A DNA stretch of 64,000 nucleotides from Candidatus Liptonbacteria bacterium. Lineage in GTDB: Bacteria; Patescibacteriota; Minisyncoccia; UBA6257; JACOXY01. The DNA lies in the NCBI GenBank assembly GCA_016182095.1, contig JACOXY010000012.1, positions 25,864 to 89,863 of the forward strand. The letters run 5' to 3'. The position numbers and the translations under genes were made by a program. Below the pieces are notes generated by a model. It was not told the origin of the DNA and searched no databases. It saw nothing but the letters and a program-made list of their open reading frames with translations. This document shows, piece after piece, positions 8,722 through 17,812 of this stretch (position 1 is its first letter; the number at the start of each line of letters is the position of its first letter).

Positions 8722-10908
8722 ATGACAAATTTAATAACAATGGTAAATAGAAAAAATTATAAACTAATAGTTGTGGAGGTTTTTGCTTTGCCTTTATTGT
8801 TAACTGGTTTCGCGGTATTTGCGTCGGGCAATGATCCATCTGTTGATTTGAGTACCAATAGGTCCATAGTTAATCAGGGCGAGTCCTTCACTCTTTCCTG
8901 GACTTCATACAACACTAATTCTTGTATTGCTTCTGGCGGCTGGTCGGGCTCCAAATCTTTGTCTGGTTCGCAAATTATAACACCAGCTTTCAATAGAACT
9001 TATACCATTACCTGCTCTCATTTCGGAGTCAAACAAGCATCGGATAGCGTAACCGTAACCGTACAAACCGAACCACCGCTTTCAGTTGATCTAACCATAT
9101 CAAGCGGCGTTATCCAGCAAGGCAATTCTGCGGTGTTAAGCTGGGCCTCAACCAATGCTGATTTTTGTACGGCTTCTGACGGTTGGTCCGGCAATAAATC
9201 AATTTCCGGCTCCGAAACTGTATCACCATCACGTAATACCGGTTACACCCTAACCTGCTACAATTCACGCGGACAAGTATATGATCATGTTTCCCTTTCG
9301 GTTGTGCAGCAATCACTGCCAACAGTATCTTTGATGGCAAACCCGGAAAATGTCACGAATGGTAATTCATCTTCATTAATCTGGAATACTTCAAACGCCG
9401 ACACCTGTACGGCTTCCGGCGGATGGTCAGGCAATAAATCAACTGCCGGATCACAAACAGTTTTTCTTTCAAATAATACGACTTACACGCTTACCTGCTC
9501 TAATCCCATAGGGCAAGCGTCTGACAGTGTTACTGTATTGGTAAATCAATCGCAAGGAGTTTCTGTTTCTTTAAGCGCAAGTCCATTGAGCATAACCCAT
9601 GGTAACTCTTCAATCTTGAGCTGGAGCTCATCCAACGCAAATACTTGCACCGCTTATAGTGGATGGTCTGGCAGTAAATCTCTTTCTGGTTCACAAACAG
9701 TATTCCCGTCGGTTAATACTACTTACACTTTGACTTGCCAAAATTCTATGGAGCAGACGGATACCGAAAGCGTTACAGTGCTTGTAGATCAGGTTCAAAA
9801 TTTTCCATCGGTGTTTTTAACAGCCAACCCGACGAGTATTAACCAAGGAAATTCGTCATTTTTGGGCTGGAACGCGTCTAATGCCGATTATTGTACCGCC
9901 TCCGGCGGATGGTCCGGCAGTAAATCAATTTCCGGATCGCAGACTATAACGCCATATTTAAACACAACCTATACCCTAACCTGCTACAATTCACGCGGAC
10001 AGACATCTGACAGTGTTACCGTGTTTGTAAATCAATCGCAAGCGACCCCAACGTTAGTTTTTAGCGCTGCGCCAACGGTAATAAATAGAGGTGATACGAG
10101 CTATTTGACTTGGACTTCAAATAATACCACTTCATGCATAGCGGGTGGCGGTTGGTCAGGAACTAAAACGGTTTCCGGATCACAGGCCATAAATCCCTTG
10201 ACACAAACAAATTACGCGCTTACGTGCTTTGGGTCTCAAGGATCAGTAACTGCCGAAGCCCTGGTTGCGGTTCTCTCCCCAAGCTTAGAGCAGTCATCTC
10301 TTGGGGCTTCGTGCGGAATAAGCGATGCCAATGTTTTAACCGGCGAGGACGTTGTTTTCAGCGCTTTCCAGTCGGGCGGGAGAGCTCCTTATACCTATAC
10401 TTGGAGCGGAGCCGCGCAGGGCAGTGGAATTTCAAGAACGATGAGTTTCGGCACGGTTGGCACAAAAACAGCCACCGTGACAATAACTGACGCGGACGGT
10501 AGAATTGCTTCCGGCAGTTGTATTACCAATGTTTCAGAAAGAGCAGTAACTAAACCGGCACAACCTACCGAGGAGGTATTGGGCGAGCAAGCGCCCACCT
10601 GTGAAGTAAAAAAGGTTTTTGCTTGTTCTGATGGGGAAAACTACAATATAGATGAAAATGGAGATGCTTATGATAAGGATGGCAAGCTGATCTATAGCGG
10701 CGCCGACAACAACACCGCCACTACCACACCAGATGACACCGCCGAAAATGAGAGAAATGGCAGGGTGGCATCTCTATTCTTTAATGAAGCAGGCGGTTTA
10801 TCGGGATTGGGCTTTCTGTTAGTGTGGTACTTCTTAATACTTTTAACGATTGGATTTGCTGTTACAATGTATCGGCTAGTCAAGGGTAAATCCAGGGTTA
10901 ACTACTAG
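8722..10908 (+). CDS. cell-surface protein with six tandem Ig/PKD-like repeats and C-terminal TM anchor
   Basis: Six repeats of about 80 aa (L.W.S.N...C.AS.GWSG.KS.SGSQ...TYTLTC), then a PKD-like segment and a TM helix. Confidence 0.85.
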   Translation: MTNLITMVNRKNYKLIVVEVFALPLLLTGFAVFASGNDPSVDLSTNRSIVNQGESFTLSWTSYNTNSCIASGGWSGSKSLSGSQIITPAFNRTYTITCSHFGVKQASDSVTVTVQTEPPLSVDLTISSGVIQQGNSAVLSWASTNADFCTASDGWSGNKSISGSETVSPSRNTGYTLTCYNSRGQVYDHVSLSVVQQSLPTVSLMANPENVTNGNSSSLIWNTSNADTCTASGGWSGNKSTAGSQTVFLSNNTTYTLTCSNPIGQASDSVTVLVNQSQGVSVSLSASPLSITHGNSSILSWSSSNANTCTAYSGWSGSKSLSGSQTVFPSVNTTYTLTCQNSMEQTDTESVTVLVDQVQNFPSVFLTANPTSINQGNSSFLGWNASNADYCTASGGWSGSKSISGSQTITPYLNTTYTLTCYNSRGQTSDSVTVFVNQSQATPTLVFSAAPTVINRGDTSYLTWTSNNTTSCIAGGGWSGTKTVSGSQAINPLTQTNYALTCFGSQGSVTAEALVAVLSPSLEQSSLGASCGISDANVLTGEDVVFSAFQSGGRAPYTYTWSGAAQGSGISRTMSFGTVGTKTATVTITDADGRIASGSCITNVSERAVTKPAQPTEEVLGEQAPTCEVKKVFACSDGENYNIDENGDAYDKDGKLIYSGADNNTATTTPDDTAENERNGRVASLFFNEAGGLSGLGFLLVWYFLILLTIGFAVTMYRLVKGKSRVNY

Positions 10909-10951
10909 AAATCCCCCGACTTGGTCGGGGGTTACAATGCGCAGTATATAT

Positions 10952-11134
10952 TTAGGAACAAGCGCAGTGGCTCATGCATTTCCTGCATTTCGGACAGCGA
11001 TGTACATAACAGAAGAAGTATTCCTTTCTGCCGGCCGCTTTGCATGCAAAACACGGCTCGGAGTTGCCGGTGCATTTTTCCAAACGCACTATGCACGCAG
11101 TGGAAGTGATTATCTTTTTTATTATTCCGGCCAT
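10952..11134 (-). CDS. small Cys-rich (10 Cys) putative metal-binding protein
   Basis: GGGAGG SD, TTGACA-N17-TATAAA promoter, hairpin terminator at about 10908-10933. Confidence 0.6.
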   Translation of the reverse strand: MAGIIKKIITSTACIVRLEKCTGNSEPCFACKAAGRKEYFFCYVHRCPKCRKCMSHCACS

Positions 11135-11233
11135 TCTAACGCCTCCCTTTTATGAAAACTTGAGCCGTCTGGCTTATTTATACACCTTTTTATTGCTATT
11201 GTCAAGTACAGAATAGCGTGGTATACTTTCATC

Positions 11234-11887
11234 AGATTGGTTGTTTAGATAGCTACTGGCCGTCCTACAGACGGCAACAAATGTTATTTGTTAAATGTTG
11301 ATTGTTGCCGCCCGCAGGGCGGCTAGAGGAAAGTCCGAGCACTTAGCCTTGTGTTTCGCTCAAGGGAATTCGAAACTCTAATTTCTAAATTCTAAACAAT
11401 ATTTAAAATTCAAATTTCTAAAACTCTAAGCGAGAGCATTCTTTTATAGATTCTCCCGTTTGGAATTTTGAGTTTGTGCTTTGGAATTTGTTTAGGATTT
11501 CGAATTTAGGATTTAGGATTTTCTCGCGCGGAGCGCGAGGCATGAGTAGCGGGTAACGCCCGTCTGGAGTAATCCTAGAGGTGCGAACAGTGACGTCTCG
11601 CCCGAAAGGCGCGGGAAGGCCCAATCCTAAGCTAGTTGGCCTAATTCCGCATAAGGATAAAAAGGCGGAAGTGAAACGGCTAAATCCTTACTTGAGTGCA
11701 AGACCGTACTCTGGATTCTGGGGGCTGGATGCTGGATGTCGGAGTTGATCCGATTTCTAGCTTCCAGTTTCTGGACTCCGGTTTGTGTCGCTTGAGCCCG
11801 AGAGTAATCGAGGGCCCAGATAAATTGCTATTGCCCCTAAACCCGCGAGGGTCGGGGAACAGAACTCGGCTTATTAACAACCAATCT
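11234..11887 (+). ncRNA. rnpB: RNase P RNA with large insertions
   Basis: P1 helix agattggttgtt/aacaaccaatct; GAGGAAAGTCC at 11326-11336; 3' AACAGAACTCGGCTTA; GCGGGTAACGCCCG helix. Confidence 0.92.
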
Positions 11888-11972
11888 ATCCGCCAGAGCT
11901 TGACGCAAAGGTGGACACAAAATCGCCCCCCAAAAAAAGGGCGATTTTGTTTTTTAGTTCCTACCGCGCATA

Positions 11973-12006
11973 CCCTCCACCTTCGCCAAGGCTTCGGAGG
12001 GCAAGC
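11973..12006 (+). repeat. REP-like hairpin family B
   Basis: ccctccaccttcgccaaggcttcggagggcaagc. Confidence 0.65.
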
Positions 12007-12025
12007 AAACCCTAAACCACATGCC

Positions 12026-12484
12026 CTATTTATTATCCAGCGCCTTATTTACCATTCCGTCAGCTTCTTTATTTTGTTCTCTTCTTACATGAATAAACTT
12101 AACGCTTTTGAAATCAAGCCGCAGGTTCCAAATATCAATAAATAACTCCCGCAGGGCCGGCTCCTCGATTTTGTAGATTCCGTTCATTTGTTTTACCAAA
12201 AGTTCGCTATCGGCGCGAATTTCTATCTCCATTTCTTTAGCTTTCTCTTTGCCGAAAAGCTGCTTGATTTTTTTTAAGGCAAAAATAACCGCAGAGTATT
12301 CAGCGACATTATTAGTTGTATCATGAATACGCTCTCCATATTTCCTCTTTGAACCGCCGAGATTTATTACAACTCCAATAGCGGCAGGCCCGGGATTCCC
12401 GCGAGCACCACCATCAGTATGCACCACTATTTTAGTGTTTGGTGTGCCAAATAGCGCTTCTGGTTGTTTTTTATTTTTTGTCAA
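12026..12484 (-). CDS. rnhA: ribonuclease HI
   Basis: TDGGARGNPGPAAIG, TNNVAEY, DSELLVKQ, RREQNKEAD. Confidence 0.93.
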   Translation of the reverse strand: MTKNKKQPEALFGTPNTKIVVHTDGGARGNPGPAAIGVVINLGGSKRKYGERIHDTTNNVAEYSAVIFALKKIKQLFGKEKAKEMEIEIRADSELLVKQMNGIYKIEEPALRELFIDIWNLRLDFKSVKFIHVRREQNKEADGMVNKALDNK

Positions 12485-12552
12485 TTTTTATAGAGGGTTT
12501 AGGGCATAGTGTTTAGCTTGCGCACTATACCCTATCAGCTATACCCTACACC

Positions 12553-13380
12553 CTAATTTAGGCGTTTCCAAGGCAATTTTGCGCCCGCTTTAATTTTAAA
12601 CGCCGATGCCCGCCTATGCCCTCCACCGCCAAAATGCTCGGCAAGTTTTGAGACATCGACGGAACCATCTGATCGCAGCGATATTTTTTTAGAATTCTTT
12701 TTTTGGTGCCAGATAATCGCCACGGGCTCCTTGGCGTATATAATGCTCGCAAGCTCATCTGTAAAAACTGGTGAGTTTACCGCGAGCGCCCGCTTGCCGC
12801 GAAAAATAACCAATTCCTTGTTCCGAAGTATTTCATAAATCAGGGCTTTCTGGTACTTTAAGAGAAGCTTGCCATCGGCAAAAAACTTTTTCCTGAAATT
12901 TGCTTTTTCAAATCTTTTTATGAAGGAATCTAAAATCTTTAGGTTATTGGGTAAAAGCGGCCTCGAGACCACAAATGCTTTTGCGTGCGGCATTTTTAGT
13001 TTCCACAAATCGATATCTTCCACATAGCGCAAATAGTGCGGCATGGTTTTACCGGGGTGAAAATATTCCCAGGCCAGCACAGAACCAGAGTGGTGGAGTG
13101 CGTATAGCGGCTTATGCGTTAGGGAAACCGCTTCTTTGTTTGAAATATGGTGGTCAATAGCCGTTACCCGCTTATTCATCGCTATCAACTTTTTAGTGAT
13201 GGCTTTGGGGAAGCAGTAGTCAACCAGGTAAATTTCTTTATTTTTAAGACCCGGGGGTGAGGGCGCTTGATTCACAACTGGAATATAGGTCGCGCTTGCT
13301 CCGAATTTTTTCCATGCCGCCCAAGCCGCGCCCGCTCCATCGCTACAGTCTGCGTGGTACAAAATTACAATGTTTTTCAT
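12553..13380 (-). CDS. DHH/DHHA1 family phosphoesterase
   Basis: YHADCSDG, IDHH, SLRS, GGGGHRRAS. Confidence 0.88.
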   Translation of the reverse strand: MKNIVILYHADCSDGAGAAWAAWKKFGASATYIPVVNQAPSPPGLKNKEIYLVDYCFPKAITKKLIAMNKRVTAIDHHISNKEAVSLTHKPLYALHHSGSVLAWEYFHPGKTMPHYLRYVEDIDLWKLKMPHAKAFVVSRPLLPNNLKILDSFIKRFEKANFRKKFFADGKLLLKYQKALIYEILRNKELVIFRGKRALAVNSPVFTDELASIIYAKEPVAIIWHQKKNSKKISLRSDGSVDVSKLAEHFGGGGHRRASAFKIKAGAKLPWKRLN

Positions 13381-13522
13381 GGGGTTTGGGCAAAAGTAAA
13401 AAGTAAATATCAAAAATTAAAATTCTGGTTGTTTTAAAAATTAAATAATTTTTCAAACTTCATCAATTTTGCTTTTTACATTTTGATTTTTAATATTATG
13501 CTACAATCCTATCGACTATACC

Positions 13523-14611
13523 CTACTTCATAAGCGCTTCAATGCCGGGTAATTTTTTTCCGGCCAAAAATTCCAGCATTGCTCCCCCGCCAGTTGAAAC
13601 AAAGCTGATTTTTTCGTACCCCCCTGTTTGTTTTAGCGCAGTTACGGTTTCTCCTCCGCCCACAAGACTGAAAGCATTTTTGTTGGCTGCTATAGCTCTT
13701 GCTATCGCGTAAGTCCCTTTGGCGAACTCTTCTTTTTCAAATAATCCCATAGGCCCGTTCCAAACTATTGTTTTGGCGGTTTTTATGCGCTCCGCAAAAA
13801 TATTTTCTGTTTTATTCCCAATATCCAAAATTTTGTTATCACCCCACCTATAGTCTGCGGGCATCACCAGATTTTTATATTGCAGGAGTTTATCTGTCCC
13901 AGGCGGAGGATTTTTTTCAAAAACAGAATCTTTGACGTCCAGACCCTGAATTGCCGCTAAAGTATTCGCCAACGCGCCGCCAATTAAAAATTTATCGGCC
14001 CTCTTTTTAAAAAACGCGGCGATGGGAAGTTTGTCAGCCATTTTTGCGCCCCCAAGTATCATGATGAGCGGCCTTGCGGCGCTCTTCATGATTTTTGAAA
14101 GATTTTTAATTTCCGCTTCAAGTTCCAGGCCAGCGTATGATGGCAGGAATTTAGTAATAGCCGAAACCGAAGCATCAGCCCTGTGGCAAACAGCGAAAGC
14201 ATCGTTCACATAATAATCACCCAAAGAAGCCAAGTTTTTAGCGAAGGAAATGTTATTTTCTTTTTCCATTGACACAAATCTCAAGTTTTCCATCACGAAT
14301 ATTGACTTCGTATGCGCGTCTTGTATGGCTCTTTTAGCTTCAGAAAAGTTAAAATCTTGAATAAAGTTAACAGGCTTTCCCAATAAATCGCCCAAATTGT
14401 CCGAGTCTTTTTTTAGACTGAACTGCTTCTGAAATCCCAATGGGCGTCCCTTGTGGCTTAGAACAACAAGCTTGCTCGCGTGTTTTAATAAGAATTGAAG
14501 AGTGGGCAGGGCCGCCTTTATTCTCCAGTCGTCCTCGGTATTAAAATCAAGCCGGACTACAGCTGTGCCGCTTAATTTTTTTGGACTTACCTTGCTTAAA
14601 TAGGCAATCAT
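13523..14611 (-). CDS. pgk: phosphoglycerate kinase
   Basis: RLDFN, SHKGRP, ENLRF, NDAFAVCHR, WNGPMG, STGGGAMLEFL. Confidence 0.95.
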   Translation of the reverse strand: MIAYLSKVSPKKLSGTAVVRLDFNTEDDWRIKAALPTLQFLLKHASKLVVLSHKGRPLGFQKQFSLKKDSDNLGDLLGKPVNFIQDFNFSEAKRAIQDAHTKSIFVMENLRFVSMEKENNISFAKNLASLGDYYVNDAFAVCHRADASVSAITKFLPSYAGLELEAEIKNLSKIMKSAARPLIMILGGAKMADKLPIAAFFKKRADKFLIGGALANTLAAIQGLDVKDSVFEKNPPPGTDKLLQYKNLVMPADYRWGDNKILDIGNKTENIFAERIKTAKTIVWNGPMGLFEKEEFAKGTYAIARAIAANKNAFSLVGGGETVTALKQTGGYEKISFVSTGGGAMLEFLAGKKLPGIEALMK

Positions 14612-14717
14612 GGAGATAATTATAGCATATAAAATTATTGTTATAAACGTTGTATTCGTTAACCGTTCTATGCGTATGCGATTAGAACGTTAGAACGACT
14701 AAAGCGATAGAACTGCT

Positions 14718-16013
14718 TTGAAAAACATAGTTATCCTTGGCGCCGGCTTCGGCGGCTTAAGAGTTGCGCGAGTACTCGCGAAGAAACTCACGAAGGCCGG
14801 GCTAAATGATAAATACCGGCTAATTTTGGTTGACAGAAACCATTACCATACCTTTACGCCGCTTTTGTATGAAGCCGCAACCACCTCAAAAGAAATAGCG
14901 GATATGGTGGAGCTGCGCACTATAACAACTTTTCAGATAAAACAAATTTTAAGCGGTCTCAAAGTTGATTTTATTAACGCCGAAGTAGAGAAAATTGATA
15001 TTATTACGGGAAAAATAAATTTAAAATCCAATAAAGGACAAGAGGTATTGGCTTTTGACCATCTAGTTATAGCTCTTGGCGCCGAAGTCAATACATTTAA
15101 CATTAAAGGCGTGACAGAGCATGCTTTTTATTTAAAAACCTTCTGGGATGCGATGCGGCTAAGAGATAAGATTATTGAAAACGTTGACGATGGCAAAAAG
15201 AATTTAAAAATAATTATCGGGGGGGGCGGTTCAACCGGAGTTGAATTAGCTGCCGAAATTCAGGGCTGGATTTGCGAGCTTAAAGAGGAGTACCCCAAAG
15301 TCAGGGAGTGTGAGGCACAAGTTTCTATTGTTGAGGGCGCGGGAAGTATTTTGAGTTCGCTCCATCAAAAAATCATAAAAAGGGTTGGGGAGCGGCTCGC
15401 GCACCTTGGGGTCAACACTATAACTAACGAATTCATCTCCGAGGTAGATGCAGACAAAATTTATCTGAAAAGCGAGCGAATTTTGCCTTGCGATATCTTT
15501 ATCTGGGCTGGCGGAATTAAAGCCCCAGCAATTTTAAATCAAGCCGAGCTGCAAAAATCAAAGAATAATGCCCTGCTGGTACAGAACAAAATGCAATGCC
15601 TGTCTGCCGCGCCAGATTTAAAGTTAGGCTCTGCAATTTATGGCCTGGGCGACAGTGTCTGCTTTATAAATCCCAAAAACGGAAAACCTATCCCCTGTGT
15701 CGCGCGACCAGCCATAATTCAGGGGGGAATTATAGCGCACAATATTTTTGAAGATATCATGGTACGGGAGGGTTTAAGCGTGAAAGCTTATCACAAAACT
15801 TTTGTGCCAAGGGAGTACCCGTATATAGTCCCTGCGGGCGGCAAATGGGCGGCGGCAAAAATAGGCCCATTTATTTTTTCCGGAATCTTAGGTTGGGTAT
15901 TAAAGGGATTAGTGGAACTTAACTATTTCTTATCAATATTGCCGGTTTGGTACGCGTTTAAAATATGGTTCAAGGGATTTTATATATTCATAAAAAACGA
16001 CCGGCTTGGCTAA
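14718..16013 (+). CDS. ndh: type II NADH dehydrogenase family FAD oxidoreductase
   Basis: GAGFGG, FTPLLYE, GGGSTGVELAAE, IWAGG. Confidence 0.88.
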   Translation: MKNIVILGAGFGGLRVARVLAKKLTKAGLNDKYRLILVDRNHYHTFTPLLYEAATTSKEIADMVELRTITTFQIKQILSGLKVDFINAEVEKIDIITGKINLKSNKGQEVLAFDHLVIALGAEVNTFNIKGVTEHAFYLKTFWDAMRLRDKIIENVDDGKKNLKIIIGGGGSTGVELAAEIQGWICELKEEYPKVRECEAQVSIVEGAGSILSSLHQKIIKRVGERLAHLGVNTITNEFISEVDADKIYLKSERILPCDIFIWAGGIKAPAILNQAELQKSKNNALLVQNKMQCLSAAPDLKLGSAIYGLGDSVCFINPKNGKPIPCVARPAIIQGGIIAHNIFEDIMVREGLSVKAYHKTFVPREYPYIVPAGGKWAAAKIGPFIFSGILGWVLKGLVELNYFLSILPVWYAFKIWFKGFYIFIKNDRLG

Positions 16014-16279
16014 AGTACAATGCGAAAACCTTTCAAAAACCCTTATTTTGCAAGGGGGAGGTTTTTGTGAGCTTGCTTTTTTTATGATTCCGTGTTATAA
16101 TTAAGAAAGTAAATTAAATGTGAATCTCGGCAGCCATTTGGCCAGATAAAATTTAATCGCCCGAACCTTTTGTCTTACAAAAAGTTTTAGGATGAATTTT
16201 ATATCCGGCTAAACTGCTGCTGAGACGGCGGCCAGTTTGAGTTTTCAAACTGCATTCCCGAGACGGGAAGGAGAGAAAG

Positions 16280-16624
16280 ATGAGAATTGCGATCAGCAGA
16301 TCAGTAAGTTCCGCAGAAGAGATGGTGCGCGCAGCTCTTCAACATACCCCACCAGATATGAATCTGGACGGGACGTGGATGGAGAGGAACTATTGGTCCA
16401 AACCTCTGGATTTAGACGGTGACAATGACCGTGGTGTGCGCCTCACCATCTTCGTTTACCCCGGCATTCTGATCAAGGCCGAATGCGCCGTGTATTCGGA
16501 GGGTGGAAAGTATCAGACTGGAGACATAGAGATCGAGCATCGCGCAAGCGGAAAGAGATGGAAGTTCCATTGCTGGCTGAAGAATCGGAACGACAAAAAA
16601 TTCACCGTTTGCGAAATCGAGTAA
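16280..16624 (+). CDS. hypothetical protein
   Basis: AGGAG SD, promoter TTGCTT-N17-TATAAT at 16073-16101, terminator at about 16642-16676. Confidence 0.7.
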   Translation: MRIAISRSVSSAEEMVRAALQHTPPDMNLDGTWMERNYWSKPLDLDGDNDRGVRLTIFVYPGILIKAECAVYSEGGKYQTGDIEIEHRASGKRWKFHCWLKNRNDKKFTVCEIE

Positions 16625-16787
16625 AGCGGCTTCTCTAAGCCATCCGGGAACGACACCACCGTTCCCGGATCTTTTTATCCCCTCAATCTCTCATTATTAA
16701 AAAATCTTTATCTTGCAAGGCAAGAAGGTTTTTGAGCTTGTAATTTTATTAAAATCGTATTTTTAAATAAATACCTCTATTATTTTT

Positions 16788-16823
16788 TGTACACATTAAC
16801 TGCTATCGCTTTTATTATGTACA
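16788..16823. repeat. 36-bp palindrome family C, downstream of PaaX-like gene
   Basis: tgtacacattaactgctatcgcttttattatgtaca; 31/36 identical to 17667-17702. Confidence 0.8.
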
Positions 16824-16876
16824 AAAATAAAATGCGTCATTACACAAGATAATGCGGTAATTATACAAACACAACA

Positions 16877-17590
16877 CTAAACAAGATTAAAATACCGCTT
16901 AAGCTCTTGGTCGTTGTTTATATTTTTGGCAGTGATTAGATGCACATATGGCTCAATATTATAAAATCCGCAAAGAAAGTCTACTTCTTTCTTACAGTTA
17001 GTTGGAACAACAAAAACGCTTTTTTGAAGTTTATACGCGCCCATAAGGCATAATTTTTCTCTAAATGACTCTCTAACCTGCTTATGCTCTTCTGGAATAT
17101 CAAAAATTATTAGACGCCAAAAACCGTCCTTCATCCCCGGCGAAAAGCGCATTTTTCCAAAATGCTCTTGAAGTATCTTTGAAAGGCCTCGCTCGGTTAT
17201 TTTCACTTCATATGTTTTTGGAGCTTTCTTCTTTACATCAATATACCCAAGACGCTTGTAATGGCGCCGCGTGACATTAAAATCGTTTTTATTATAAAAC
17301 TGCCTGTGCCGCGTCAGCTTCCCGTAAGCGCCGAGTACATTTGGCGCTACCACCGCAACAGTAACCATCCCGCCGATGGCCAAGAGACCAAGTAGGGCGC
17401 TCCCGATAAAAATTCCACCTTCTTTAGCATAACGCACAACCATTTCTTTTTTGGCTGCCTTTTGAGTCGCTTCCCAGTCAGATTTCATATCTTCAAGTAA
17501 AACATTTTTATATTTTAATAGCGACTTTTCAAGTCGTCTCTTTCGTTTCTTTTCATTATTATTTTTAGATTCATTTTGGATAGTTTTCAT
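16877..17590 (-). CDS. PaaX-like protein with Cas2/VapD-like C-terminal domain
   Basis: WRLIIFDIPE..K..R..FR.KL...G...LQKSVFV; wHTH-like ITERG segment; hydrophobic stretch ending VAPN. Confidence 0.8.
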   Translation of the reverse strand: MKTIQNESKNNNEKKRKRRLEKSLLKYKNVLLEDMKSDWEATQKAAKKEMVVRYAKEGGIFIGSALLGLLAIGGMVTVAVVAPNVLGAYGKLTRHRQFYNKNDFNVTRRHYKRLGYIDVKKKAPKTYEVKITERGLSKILQEHFGKMRFSPGMKDGFWRLIIFDIPEEHKQVRESFREKLCLMGAYKLQKSVFVVPTNCKKEVDFLCGFYNIEPYVHLITAKNINNDQELKRYFNLV

Positions 17591-17666
17591 TGTGGTTTTT
17601 GTTTAAAGCCTGGAGACATTAGATAAATGTTGGATATTACATTGTGACAACAATAAAAGTAAAAAC

Positions 17667-17702
17667 TGTACATATTAACTGCTATAGCAGTTAATATGTA
17701 CA
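17667..17702. repeat. 36-bp perfect palindrome family C, upstream of PaaX-like gene
   Basis: tgtacatattaactgcta|tagcagttaatatgtaca. Confidence 0.85.
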
Positions 17703-17812
17703 AAATATTTTTTGCTTCTTGCATAACAAGAACTCAAAGGTTCTGAAAAATTGTGCCGATAATTGTTTCAATATAGTTAGCTCTTATCATGCGCTGATTA
17801 TTACCTCGCTAA

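Noticed and set aside
8722-10908. Diversity-generating retroelement target or template repeats
   Set aside because: Repeat differences are not visibly adenine-specific and no reverse transcriptase is in the window.
11418-12145. ORFs 11418..11624, 11680..11880 and 11696..12145
   Set aside because: They overlap the RNase P RNA and repeat tracts; spurious.
12490-12555. Telomere-like TTTAGGG repeats
   Set aside because: Degenerate, internal and only one of several heptamer types; treated under the periodic hairpin finding.
16788-17702. CRISPR array or cas locus suggested by 36-bp repeats and a Cas2-like domain
   Set aside because: Only two repeats about 840 bp apart enclosing a gene; no spacer periodicity and no cas1 or effector genes.
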